NCBI GenBank assembly: GCA_001662655.1
Contig: KV460240.1
DNA from: Pseudogymnoascus verrucosus
Taxonomy: Eukaryota
Length of the DNA: 64,000 bases
Direction: 5' to 3' (one strand)
Shown: one piece after another, positions 12,098 through 23,776 of the stretch
Layout of the letters: every line of letters begins with the position of its first letter
How positions within the stretch are numbered: position 1 is the first letter of the stretch
Notes under the pieces: model-generated
The model's input: only the letters and a program-made list of their open reading frames with translations
Databases searched by the model: none
What the model was told of the DNA's origin: nothing
Translations under genes and position numbers: made by a program

Positions 12098-13250
12098 GGT
12101 GCGGCGCTCCTTGCTCTCTCACCGGGGTCCTGTGGACTGTGAGTGGGATGGGGGATTGGATATGAGTTTCCGAGTTTCGATTCTTAGGTGGATGGGGTGG
12201 TGTCGTTTGAGGCTGGACACGGTACCTCACGGCTCTGACCCCCTTTTTTTAATCTTCTCGGTAGCCCTGGAGGCAGGGTGTTCTTGGGGTTTTCTTCATT
12301 TTTTGCGAGGATTTTTGATACCAATCCCGGCGTGGATACTCCCTTTATTTTCTACCTTTTCTTTCCTGGCTAGGTTCGGTTCGCATCTCGGGATAACGGG
12401 GGGGGGGAGACAGTGGTTGTACGATGAACGAGGCAGCGCCTCGGAAAACGCCTTGCGATGACTTTCTTGATTTTTTTTTTGCCCCGAGGGGCGGAGCGAA
12501 AAGGGGCGAGAATGTCTGAAGTACAAGGCTTTCGGGTGGCGAATATGGATCGGTTGCCTTGGGATCAGTGTGCGCGGCGATGGATTTTACATAGCATGGA
12601 TTTTCTTAATGATAATTGAATTTCACAGACGAGGTTATTCACTAGCATCTTTGTGAGTGATGAAAAATGGTAAAAGCATATTGATATAACCACCTTCAAT
12701 AATACAAAAACGCCCCCCCTTGAAGATTTCTAAGTCTAGGTATCTATCTATCCAAAAAATGCAAATCCAAACAAATGCTTTCCTCGCTCCATATGTATTT
12801 CCTGTAAATGACGACCTTCTATAAATAATTGATATCCCAACCCCCCCCCCAGCTCCCCGTCTCCCTTTTTTCCCCCGCTAATATATGCATTCCCAAACTC
12901 CTGTCTGATTTTGCGAAATCGGTTTCGTGTCTTGCGTAGACAAAAAGAAAATATTGGTATATCCAAGTTGGTAGTTTAAAATAGAAAAAGCTGTATGTGT
13001 TGTATGTTTGTCGTGTGCTGTGCGCCGATAATGATTGGTGTTCTTGCATGCGTGCCCTCTTGTAATCCTCCTCTTCTGAACACGCATACCCTCTATCGTA
13101 TGCGTGTAGTCTTTCAAAGCAAACATTCCCCGTCCCATATATAACCCTCAACACCTAGTCGTCTCCCTTTTCTTATATCCAAGACTCAAGCCAGTCAGAT
13201 GAACCAGACCTGTCGTGACTGGCACCCACGTGCCCAACACACAGTCCCCC

Positions 13251-14188
13251 TCATGGACAAAACATACACTTACACCTCTTCAACCCACCCCCCACCATCA
13301 CTACATGCTTCTCAACCGCAACCGTCAACTTCGGCGCCTCCAAGCTCTTCTGCCTGAAGCAATCTCGCTCCCACTTCTCCGGCGGCTGGAGATTGCGAAA
13401 TTGGTCCGGCACTGCGGTTACAGAGACGTGGTGGTCGGTCGTTTCCTGTCGATTCTTGACCGTCTTCCGCGACAGCTTCTCCGAGATGGCGAGGTACACG
13501 AATTGGAGGTGGATGGGGCGGAGGGCAAGGGTGGTGTTGTCCAGGGTGCTGGGTGCCGTGGTGTGGTAGGCGAAACCGTCGTTGGTGATGGTGTGGGGGT
13601 AGGGGTCCTGGGACCCTTGGAGGTAGGGGCCCTGATTGTCGACGGCGTGGAAGTCCCCATGGTGGTTCGGAAGGGCGAAATCCTCGAAGCTCAAGGAGTA
13701 TGATGGCTGAAATCCGTGGGTGGTGATAGGGGATCTGTTGGCGCCCGCGGCAGCGTTGCGCCAGGTGTTGCGGTCGGCGACGCGGAGGGCTGAGCAAGCG
13801 ACGACGACGTCTGCGGTGCCGTGGCGTGCTTGCCTTATGGCTTCGTGGATGATTGCGACGAGGATTTCGGCATGGCGATTATCGTCGACGACGCCGCTGT
13901 TTGCCTTTTCCTCTTCGGTGAGGAACTGTGGAGGTTAGCTTGCTGTTGGGAGAGAGGGAAGGGACACAGATGGGGATGGGGACTCACGTCGTCGCCTTCG
14001 ATGAAGATGAAACCTAGTTTGGCGCATAGGTATTTCCCAACTCTAGACTTGCCGGCTCCCGAAGGCCCCGTTATGACCCAGATGTTGGGGGTGGCCGACA
14101 GGGCGGTCTGGGGTTGATCCCACGACGGCGGGGGCATCTCGGCCGCGCGATAATGTTTCGTTCTTCGGTTTGGTCGTCGAGACTCCAT
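13251..14188 (-). CDS. Gluconokinase/shikimate-kinase-like P-loop kinase with internal insertion
   Basis: VITGPSGAGKS, FIEGDD|F (intron 13987-13926), VVACSALR, FVYL, QFRNLQPP; all GntK-type motifs. Confidence 0.8.
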
Positions 14189-15541
14189 TATTGCAGAGTA
14201 GAAAACGGTATGAGTGGTCCCATCCTTTTCTCTCCCTATACAGTCTGGTGCTGGGGCGCTGGTATTATATATTTCGAGCACCCCTAGCGATCAGGCGGAG
14301 GAGAAAAAAGGGCGGGCGGGCGTTGGAAATGTGAGAGTGGAATTAAGTTGGGTAGGGAGGAGATAAGTGGTGATGGCGCCAAGGCTTGGTACTTGCTCAA
14401 CAACCAAGTACCTCTCAGTATACGAGTACTGATACTCCCCGTTAGCCTCCTGAATTGGAGCTCCAGTTAGCCTAGGATGGGTGTGAACATAGTAGGCTGG
14501 CGATGTGCCCAGAGTTTGACACTGACACTGCGGCACCTTGATAGTCCACTGCTCCACTATCAACCAGGCGCCCTCAGAGCACTAAGGAGGCGAAGTCGAC
14601 GGACTGAGCGGGAGAGTGTGGGGAGTGGGGATAGAGGAGTCGAAGGAGGGAGGGGGGGCGGAAACCAAAGCACAGGCGCGGCACTGTGGCACTGAACTCA
14701 CGATGGATGGAAGGAGGTGACTGGATAACCGCGTACCAACCCGCGCGTGCTTTCCTGCGAACTGTTGCGAACTCGTCCAATCCCGCCAGTGCCCGCGGAC
14801 CAAATATGCTCGCTGTGGCTGCGACCACACATAGCTCGGACTGCTCGGAGAAACACCTTGACGTCGTACCCATCGGTATGCGCAAAAAGTAATACCTCAA
14901 CGGGCGTGATTGCGAACTTCCGCGTTTCTTTTTGCCCGATCACGACCACCCCGAGGCGCAGGGCGAGTTGGTGATCGCAGGGTGGCGAAATTCAGAAATC
15001 TTTTCGTCTCGGTGAACGGATTTGGAAGGGAGTATGATAACATATCTTGGAGGTTGAGGGCGTTTGAGGGTCACGATGTTTCAGGCTCTCTGAGGGGATT
15101 GGGTTTCCATGCAGGTGATAGGCCCGGATCTTTCCATGAGTGTGGTGACATTTCCTTGATTTGGACATCTTGTAAACACCATCATCGCTCCAAGGCATTT
15201 TGATGGCTTTTTTTTTCAATCATTTTTTCTCACGCTGCCTGGTGTCCCTTGTTGGCAACGACGCGATGGCTCAGTTGATTACGCGTACCTTTTCTGGCCC
15301 CCAAGGGAAACTGTGTGTGTGTGCTGGTCTCGGAGCGAGAGAAGGCTGTGTATTTTTATCGCTACATACATAGTAGATACTTGTACAAGTACAGAGGAAG
15401 AGACGCCGTCTATGAAAGTCTAACAAGCCCCCCAAAAAATCCAGAACCGGGCTTAAACGGTCTAGATGCGCGCCAACGCTGACATTCTCCGCTCACCACC
15501 GACACGATTGACTGACAAAACGCGATTCCTAATGAACCCGC

Positions 15542-17080
15542 TTAGCCCTTGACGGCGTAGATGGCCTTTGCGAGCCTCTTGACGTTGCCGGTTGTGATGC
15601 CCGCAACGGAGATACGGCCGTCCTTGGTGGCGTAGACGGAGTGCTCCTGGGCAAGCGTCGTCATCTGCTCGGGCGTGAGGCCAGTGTAGGCGAACATGCC
15701 GATCTGGCTGGTGATGTGGGACCAGTCGTGCTTGGAGCCGAGCTGCTCGAGGTTTTCCTTGAGGAGCGCGCGCATCTCGATGATGCGGTCGGCCATGCCC
15801 TTGACCTCACCGAGCCACTGCTGGTTCAGCTCGGGGTTGTTGAGGATCTCGGCGGCGATGCGGGCGCCGTGCACGGGGGGGTTGGAGTAGAGCGGGCGAA
15901 CGATGATCTTGATCTGCGAGTCGACGCGCTTCTTCTCGGCCGCGTCCTCGCAGACAATGGAGAAGGTGCCGGCACGCTCACCGTAGAGACCCTGTGATTG
16001 TGTTAGTGATGATCGTCATATGTACCGCCGGAGTTAACTTACCATGTTCTTGGCGAACGAAGTCGCGAGGCAGATGTTGTGGCCCTGCTCAACGAAGAGG
16101 CGGACTGGGAAGGCGTCCTTGTTGGTGTCACCGGACGCGAAGCCCTGGTAAGCCATGTCGAAGAAGGCGAAGTGCTCGCCCGCCTTAACAGCATCGCTGA
16201 TCTGCTTCCACTGCTCTGGGGTAGGGTCGATACCAGTGGGGTTGTGTGCGCAGGCGTGGAGGAGGAAGATGCTGCCCTTGTCGGCGGCCTTGATGTCGGC
16301 GACCATACCCTCGAAGTCGAGGCCAATGGTGTCCTTGTTGTAGTACCTGTACTTCTGGACCTCAAGTCCAGACTCGGTGAAGATGGCGCCGTGGTTTGCC
16401 CATGATGGCGTAGGAATGTAGATCTTCTTCGCGCCTGGGTAGAACTTGGCCAGGAACTCGCCTCCGATACGGAGAGCACCAGTTCCGGAGATGGATTGTG
16501 TGATGACGAGGCGGTCGAGAGCGTTGGAGCCCTCACCGTAGGCAAGGACGGCAGCGGCCTTGGTGAACTCAGGGACACCGGTGATTCCGGCGTACTCCTT
16601 GTTGAGCTTAGCAGCGATGACCTTGTCCTCAGCGGTGCGAACGGACGGGAGAACGTATGGCTTTCCCGCGTCGTCACGGTAGGCGCCAACACCTGGATTG
16701 TATCAGTATAGTCGTAGATTCGGATTCAGAGAGCATACCGAGGTTGATCTTCTCTGGGAGGGTATCGGCCTTGAATGCCTCGGTGATACCTGGATGTTGT
16801 TAGTCGTGGCGCAAAAATATTCACGCTGATGACAACATACCTAAGATGGCCTTCACACGAACGTTTCATTAGCAATTGATTAACACAGTACATATCATCC
16901 GGGTTCTTACATCCTATCACATGTTAGCTGATACACAAGAACACCACGTCGATGCAAACTCACTGGTGGACCTTGGGGAACGTTCGCCCAGGTCGAGGCC
17001 TGGCGAGAAGCTCCGACAACGCGACACGCCGCACCACGGACGGCCACCTGCCTGCTTGCGACTCTGACTGTGCTAAGCAT
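15542..17080 (-). CDS. AAT1: Mitochondrial aspartate aminotransferase (GOT2-type)
   Basis: Arg-rich presequence [11 protein letters not shown]. Motifs [53 protein letters not shown]. Exons 17080-16964, 16913-16911, 16850-16841, 16789-16739, 16692-16043, 15991-15542. Confidence 0.95.
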
Positions 17081-17817
17081 TATGTGATGGAATTTGAGGC
17101 AAAGCGAGGATGAAGATGAAGAAGAGCTTAGAGAGAAGATGTTCAATATGTCAGGAGATGCAATTGAAAAAGATGGAGATGTGATTCACAATCGGAGATG
17201 CTGCACTACACACATGTGTCATGAAATTGTTTCGCGGGTAGGCCGGGCCTCGGCGGCTTTGCAGGGGTTTTCTTGGGGTTTTCCGCGCATCCCACCGTAA
17301 TTTTGGGGTTTGGGGTTTACTCCAGAGTGTTGCTCCAGTGGGGGCTCCACTGTGTCTTTTGCCTGTGATTGTCATTAGGCTAATTCGGAAATAAGTAATA
17401 TTTTTAGTATTTTATTTCTTATCTACTGTATGGATGACATTTAACTATGAATACTGGGGAAGGCCGGCAAAGAAAAAAGAAATATGTTTCCTTCTATAGG
17501 GCTTAATATCGCCCACTTGGATCAAATAGTGCTGTTGTTTGTTATGAGCGATACAGGAGGTAACTAATCAGATTAGTAGTGAAATTCATGTGACGAGTGA
17601 CGACTAGGCGGTGAGTAACAATTACGTGGGGTAAGATTATACTGCCAGTCATACGAGGTTAGCTAAGTGGTTTCTATCATCTCCGTCACCCCACTCAATA
17701 GCTTCACAAATTCCATGTTCTCCCCCACAGAGTCCTGTGGTTTCATTATGACAATAGTGACATCCCGGAGGTGACGGGAGCTTCCTTTTTTGAGCTATTT
17801 ATATTTACGCTAGAGGC

Positions 17818-18779
17818 ATGAGAATAACGGAAAGGAAAGCCGTAGTGGTCGGCCTCTCTGGAGCGTCGAGCTCTGGAAAGACGACATTGGCTAGGCTTTT
17901 GCGCGATATCTTCCCAAACAGCTTCATCTTGCATGAAGATGACTTCTATAGGGAAGAGAAAGAGTGAGTTCTGATATAAACCCTCTGGACGGGTCTATGA
18001 CGTTGCCCCTGCTCTTCCTCTGCCCTTCCTCTTCTCTACCTACCTCAGAGCTAATATACACGAACCCAAGACTCCCAACAAAGAACGGCCTCCTAGACTG
18101 GGACTGCGCCGAAGCCCTCTCCATCCCCGACATCAAATCCTCCCTTAGCCATATCCAAGACCACGGCACCTTCCCCGTAGGTCCCTCCCACTCCAAGCTC
18201 CGCTCCCGTCCCGAACCCACTCTGAACGCAGCCCAGCCGCAATTCGACTCCAAAGAAGACCGCAACGACGTCGGCCAATGCCCCGTCTCCGACGCTGCGA
18301 TCGCCGGGCTGAAGGGTAGAGTTGCTGCGTGGACACAGCCAGGTAGGCCGGGGCATGGGATACTCACTTCGTCGGAGTCGGCGCTTCGTCTGTGTATCTT
18401 CGATGGGTTCTTACTCTACGCACCGTCTATGGCGGAGATCCAGCCGCATATAGATATCAAGCTGTTCCTGCGCGTGGGGTATGAGAAGGCGAAGGCGAGG
18501 AGGGAGGCGCGCACGGGGTATGCGACGATTGAGGGGTGGTGGGCTGATCCGCCGGGGTATGTGGATAAGATTGTTTGGCCGAACTATGTTGAGGATCATG
18601 CGTGGATGTTTGAGGATGGGAATGTGGAAGGGAAGTTCAAGGAGGATGTCTTGAAGGAGAGGGGCATTCATGCACAGTCGCAGCAGGGACCAGATGTGGA
18701 TATGGAGACCACGCTGGTGTGGACGGTGGATGTCATTATGAAGTCTTTGGAGATATCTTCTGGAAATGAAAAGCTATGA
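17818..18779 (+). CDS. NRK1: Nicotinamide riboside kinase
   Basis: VGLSGASSSGKTT, LHEDDFY, DWDC, DGFLLY, RREARTGY, DPPGYVDKIVWPNY. Introns 17964-18070 and probably 18177-18236. Confidence 0.9.
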
Positions 18780-19445
18780 ATTGGATAGAGGAATTCAAAT
18801 ATAGCCAAATTATTCTTCACTGAACTGTGCAACCTCCCTTAATCATTAGCGTGGAGCTCCAATGCAAGGGAGCAGTTTCCCGCTCCCTAGATCCTTAGAA
18901 TGCATCTACCCGCGCTCATCCCGTCACATATCGATTTTTCTGCAAAAGTAAACATTAAACCACCGTCACCGAACTCTTCCATTGCAGAAAACAAAGAAAA
19001 CACACAGCCTTGTCAAACAGTTGCAGTTGCTTTATGCCACGTTGGACCAGGATGGCACAACGTGAGGCGGCTGCTAGGTTAATCCCGCTTGGGTTTCAGG
19101 GGAGACAGAGTCTTGGCAGGTGGGACCCAGAGCTGAATGCTTGGGCTGCTAATCTGCCAATCTACAAACGGCAGCGCTCCTATCTCAAGAAATTAAACTC
19201 TTCAATCACCCTCTCTAACGCGACTCTAATTCCCCAACAAACCCCCATGGGCGAGCCATAACCAACGCCCATTCGCACACAACCCAGAACGCCTCGTCGC
19301 CAGCTTCCTCGCCCCAGGAAAAGGCAAGGCGCATGTGTATCCTGCCAACGAACCACACCACAGCGACTCCAACAGCCTCGACAAACTCGATGTCACAAAT
19401 ATAGATATAACACTCCTCCCATTCGCAACTACCTCCTCCACAAAC

Positions 19446-21194
19446 ATGCCCGTCCAACACGCCTACCAACCGCGTCGCACGCCCCTCCGTCCCAACCCCC
19501 GCCGCCTCATCCACCTCACCATCGGCACCATCATCGTCCTCTTCATCCTCCTCCTCATCCCCCGCCACTCCTCACCGCGCCTCCCCAAACTCCCCCCGGC
19601 ATTACGCCCCTTCCGACCCTCCGCGCACGCCCCGCCCATCCAACCAAACAGCACAAGCGGCGACGCGCGCTGGCACCAAAGCTGGGACTGGCTGCGCCCC
19701 TTCTCCTCCGCGATAACTCTCGACGAGCACCGCTCCGTGCTGCCGCCGCTGGTGGAGCGCGTGCCGATATATACATACTATGACTCTGAGAGCGCCGGGG
19801 GCGCGGAGACGGAGGAGGTGCTGAATCAGATTCTTCTTACGTGGAGGAGGGCGTGGTGGGCGCAGGGGTTTCGGCCTGTGATACTGGGGAGGGCGGAGGC
19901 GAGGAGGAGTGGGTTGTTTGAGGGGGCGAAGGGGAAGGGAGGGGGGGAGGAGGTGTTGAGGTGGTTGGCGTGGGAGAGTATGGGAGGGGGGATATTGTGT
20001 AGTTATTTGGCGTTGCCGATGGGGGCGTTTGAGGATCCGGTGATTTCGTACTTGAGGGGGGGGAGGTTTGGGAATCTTACGAGGTTTGAGGGGTTGGGAG
20101 GTGGGTTGTATGTTGGGCCGAAGGAGGGGGTGAGGGAGGCTATTAAGGCTGCCCTGGCGGCGCCGGAGATTTCAAAGGTGAAGGAGATATCCGATGTGGT
20201 GCCGAAGGAGATGTTCAAAATCGATGCCACTCCAAGCTCGATTGCATACTACGCCATGGACGTGGTGAAAGCCAAATACCCCAAGATCGCAGAGGAACTG
20301 CCAATCTCGACATCGAAAGGCATGCGGCTCCTCAACAAACTCATCAACTCACATCTCCACAACAACTGGCGCACCCACTTCTCCGACGGCATCGCCGTCC
20401 TCAAACCCATCCGCACCCACATGACCGCCATAGTCGAGCCCGCCGTCCAACTCGCCGAGTACCTCGCCCAATGCCCCTCCTCTCCCATCATGTCCTCCTG
20501 CCCCCCCAACAACAAAAACTGCAAACCCTGCGTCGCCGCGGCACCAATGCGCATCTCCACCCCGCCAATCTTCAGGAACAACTCCAAACTCTACACCATC
20601 GGCGTCGTGCCCCACCCCTGGACGACCACCTCCTCCGACGCCTTCACAACCGCCATCGACGTCCCCTTCATCCGCCGCCGCAGCAACCGCGATCACTGGC
20701 TCACCCTCGTCACCAAAGAGCTCCTCGGCACCGGCGTCTCCACCTCCCCGCGCCTCGTGAAATTCAAAGAAGCAGTCGCCTCCCCCTACGGCGCCGCGCA
20801 CTCCGTCTGGTTCACAGCCGAGAAGGAATACCCCTCCGACATAGACTGGCACTTTGGCTTCCTCGTCCCGCGCCAATCCACACACGACGGGAAATCCCAA
20901 ACCCCCGTCCCGGGCCCCGAACGTCGCCCCGCAGACCCAGCGCGCGATCCGCTGGATGGAGTGCTGCCGAGCGAGAAGGAACTCAAGAAGGAGAGGGAGT
21001 TACTTGAGTACGCGAAGATGATGGGGACGACGCCGGAGCAGCAGCGGTTGATTAGGGCGATTGAGGCGTGGAATTTGGGGGATGTGGAGGCGTGGAGGTT
21101 TGCGAGGGCGTTTATGGCGAGGAGGTCGATGGAGAGGAGGGGGTGGGAGGAGGAGGAACGGTGGGTTACGGGGGGGAAGGGGAGTGAGAAGTGA
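19446..21194 (+). CDS. Uncharacterised type II membrane protein
   Basis: Long intronless ORF. N-terminal basic residues, then a hydrophobic helix (LTIGTIIVLFILLLI). PIYTYYD, WRRAWWAQGFRPVILG, and a Cys cluster CPSSPIMSSCPPN..CKPC. Confidence 0.8.
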   Translation: MPVQHAYQPRRTPLRPNPRRLIHLTIGTIIVLFILLLIPRHSSPRLPKLPPALRPFRPSAHAPPIQPNSTSGDARWHQSWDWLRPFSSAITLDEHRSVLPPLVERVPIYTYYDSESAGGAETEEVLNQILLTWRRAWWAQGFRPVILGRAEARRSGLFEGAKGKGGGEEVLRWLAWESMGGGILCSYLALPMGAFEDPVISYLRGGRFGNLTRFEGLGGGLYVGPKEGVREAIKAALAAPEISKVKEISDVVPKEMFKIDATPSSIAYYAMDVVKAKYPKIAEELPISTSKGMRLLNKLINSHLHNNWRTHFSDGIAVLKPIRTHMTAIVEPAVQLAEYLAQCPSSPIMSSCPPNNKNCKPCVAAAPMRISTPPIFRNNSKLYTIGVVPHPWTTTSSDAFTTAIDVPFIRRRSNRDHWLTLVTKELLGTGVSTSPRLVKFKEAVASPYGAAHSVWFTAEKEYPSDIDWHFGFLVPRQSTHDGKSQTPVPGPERRPADPARDPLDGVLPSEKELKKERELLEYAKMMGTTPEQQRLIRAIEAWNLGDVEAWRFARAFMARRSMERRGWEEEERWVTGGKGSEK

Positions 21195-22284
21195 GATGGG
21201 GGGTTGGAGTGGAGGATCAGCGGAGAATGCACATAGGGGAGCGGCTGTATATGATAGGGACGTCCCGTTCTATATGATGGGAGCGGGACGGGGCGTGGGG
21301 GCGTTCTTTTTTTTGGGCGGGGTGGTGATGTCGTTTTTCCTTGTATAAAGGGTTTTTTTACGATGTGTAATTACTAGTTGTAAGAAGAAGTTGAGTATTC
21401 TTAACACCTTTTTTCATTGGACCTTGGATCTCCGGTCTTGGATTCGTGGTGGCCGAGCCATGTGGCCGAGCGTTTTCCAAGAGAAAGCTTCATGGGGCTT
21501 GTTGTGTTGCAAGTTTGCCGTTTGCCGTTTGCCGGACGGAGGACAGCAGAAAGGGATGACCCGGGATGACATACTCCACTATTTAGAGTCGGACGTAAAT
21601 GATAATAATGGAGACTCGTGTTTCGGTGTAATTCGTGGCACATGTCGAGTTTCTCGTCGTTTTGACACTAACTGACCGCCGCCGCCGCCGCTGAATTATC
21701 ATGTGGAATGCCAATCCCCCTTGGACCCCTTCGCTTCCCCATACTCTGCCCCTACTAACCATACTAAATATACTAAAATCGCATACGATGATTCAAACTG
21801 CAGCTGACACCAAACCCAGCCCACTTAATTAAAACCCCCCATGTTTCCCCAGCGATTGACGCTGCACGAAATAATATTAACCCAGCATGCATCGATCCTC
21901 ATCCCTTCTCCCGAGGCCCCTCGGCACACAACGAAAACGGCCGCACAGGACGTCATCTCCCACTCCACCCCGCCGTTCCCGCTCCTTCTCTGCCCCACCA
22001 CGACTTGCGCATGTCCGGCGCAAGGTAAGAGAACGTAAATACCAAGGCGCGGGAAGCTTGAAAGCCACAGTAACATTCGTCGTACCTTGCAGCTTACTTG
22101 TACATCTCGTGTCGCACAACATAAATATTTTGGGAATACAAATTATCACTTACGTCCACACGCATACTTACTATCTTATAACCCCTCTACACTTCCAATT
22201 ATCACATACACCTCTTAACCTACCCCGCCACCACCACTCACCATCACCAAACCAACCAACCAAACCACCCACCAAACCACAGCA

Positions 22285-23080
22285 ATGGCACCTCTAACCC
22301 CCACCTGGGCCCAACCCTCCCACGGCTCCATCCAAGAAGTCGTCATCAACGAAGCGGCATTCACCTCCAAGTCCCTCTCCAAGATCAGCGTCGCGCCCTA
22401 CGGCGTGTTCGCCAAGATCGATTTCCCTCCCGCCACGCCGGCGAGCGAACCCACCTATGCGACGGTGCAGCAGGGGAGGGATACGCATTTGAATCTGAAT
22501 AGCGATTTGGTTTATATTAATCATAGTTGTGATCCTAGTTTGGTTGGTCTCTCCCTTTCCTTTTCCGTTCTCAGACTCCTTGCGAGGTTGCCCCAGTCGC
22601 CCCAGTCACCCTCCCTCAAACCCTCCTCCCCAATTCCCCGCTCCCCCCAAATTCGAGGACACAAAGAGAGAGCCAGAGAGACAGAGAAGCACAAATGCTA
22701 ACACCCCTCCCCCCAAACAGATCCTCGACATCCCCTCCCTCTCCTTCCTCGCCGGCCCCCGCGGCCTCTCCCCCGGCGACGAACTAACCTTCTTCTACCC
22801 CTCCACCGAATGGTCCATGGCCCAACCCTTCACCTGTTTCTGCTCCTCCCCCTCCTGCCGCGGGGTAATCAACGGCGCCGGTTCCATGAGCCAGAAATCC
22901 CTCGAGGGGATCTACTTGAACGGGTATATCAGGGATATGCTTGCCGAGAGATGGGCGAGGGAGAATAAGAACGGGGTTAATGGGGTGAAGAGCGAGGGAA
23001 AGGCGAGGGTTAATGGGGAGAGGGGAGTGACGTCTAGGGAGTTGAGTGGGGAGATGGGGGGCGATACTGTTAGGGTTTAG
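22285..23080 (+). CDS. Small stand-alone SET/post-SET domain protein
   Basis: Exons 22285-22542 and 22721-23080. YINHSCDPS, GDELTFFY, and post-SET FTCFCSSPSCRG. Confidence 0.9.
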
Positions 23081-23776
23081 ATGATTGGGGGGGGGGGAGG
23101 CTCAACGCAGGTGGGGGGGTATACCGCGCGGTGGGGAGGGCGCGGAGAGGGATTCAACATCCTTGAAAAGCTTAGTTAGTTTTTTGCTTGTTTTTATGCT
23201 TTTTAGACAGAGACAGATTAGATACGTCGCGTTGCGAGTGGTTTTCAGACGAGGGTTGGATAATTATCTTTCTTTCGTAATCTTCTGTCCTGATTCTGGT
23301 CTAATCTATCCCTTGATCGACACCCTTCCGCCATCCCGAGCCAACAACACAACACAACACAACGACACGTAAACACACGCCCTTGACTCCTCCAGCTGTA
23401 GCCTGGCCTATCCCCAATCGCCCTCGCTCTTGAAAAAACGGAAATAAAACACCCCTATCAGCAAGTATCCAAACCTAGATATACCCCAATCCCCTCAATC
23501 CCGCTCACCAAACCCCAAAAAAACACACACATCCATCGAAACGAACCCCCCGAGAAAAGGAGCATCCTGAGCCCCCCATAAAGACAATCCATAACACCAA
23601 CTCCCCGAAACAAAACAAAACAAAAAAGTAAAGCCGTCGCAGCCCAAACCCCCCTTGTCGCCTACCATTACCCCTCCCGAAACACCAAACGCAAACAAAG
23701 TAGTACTAATACAGTAGTCCCCGATCAAGAAAAACCACCCACACACACAAAAAAAACAGCAAAAGGGACAGGAGGA

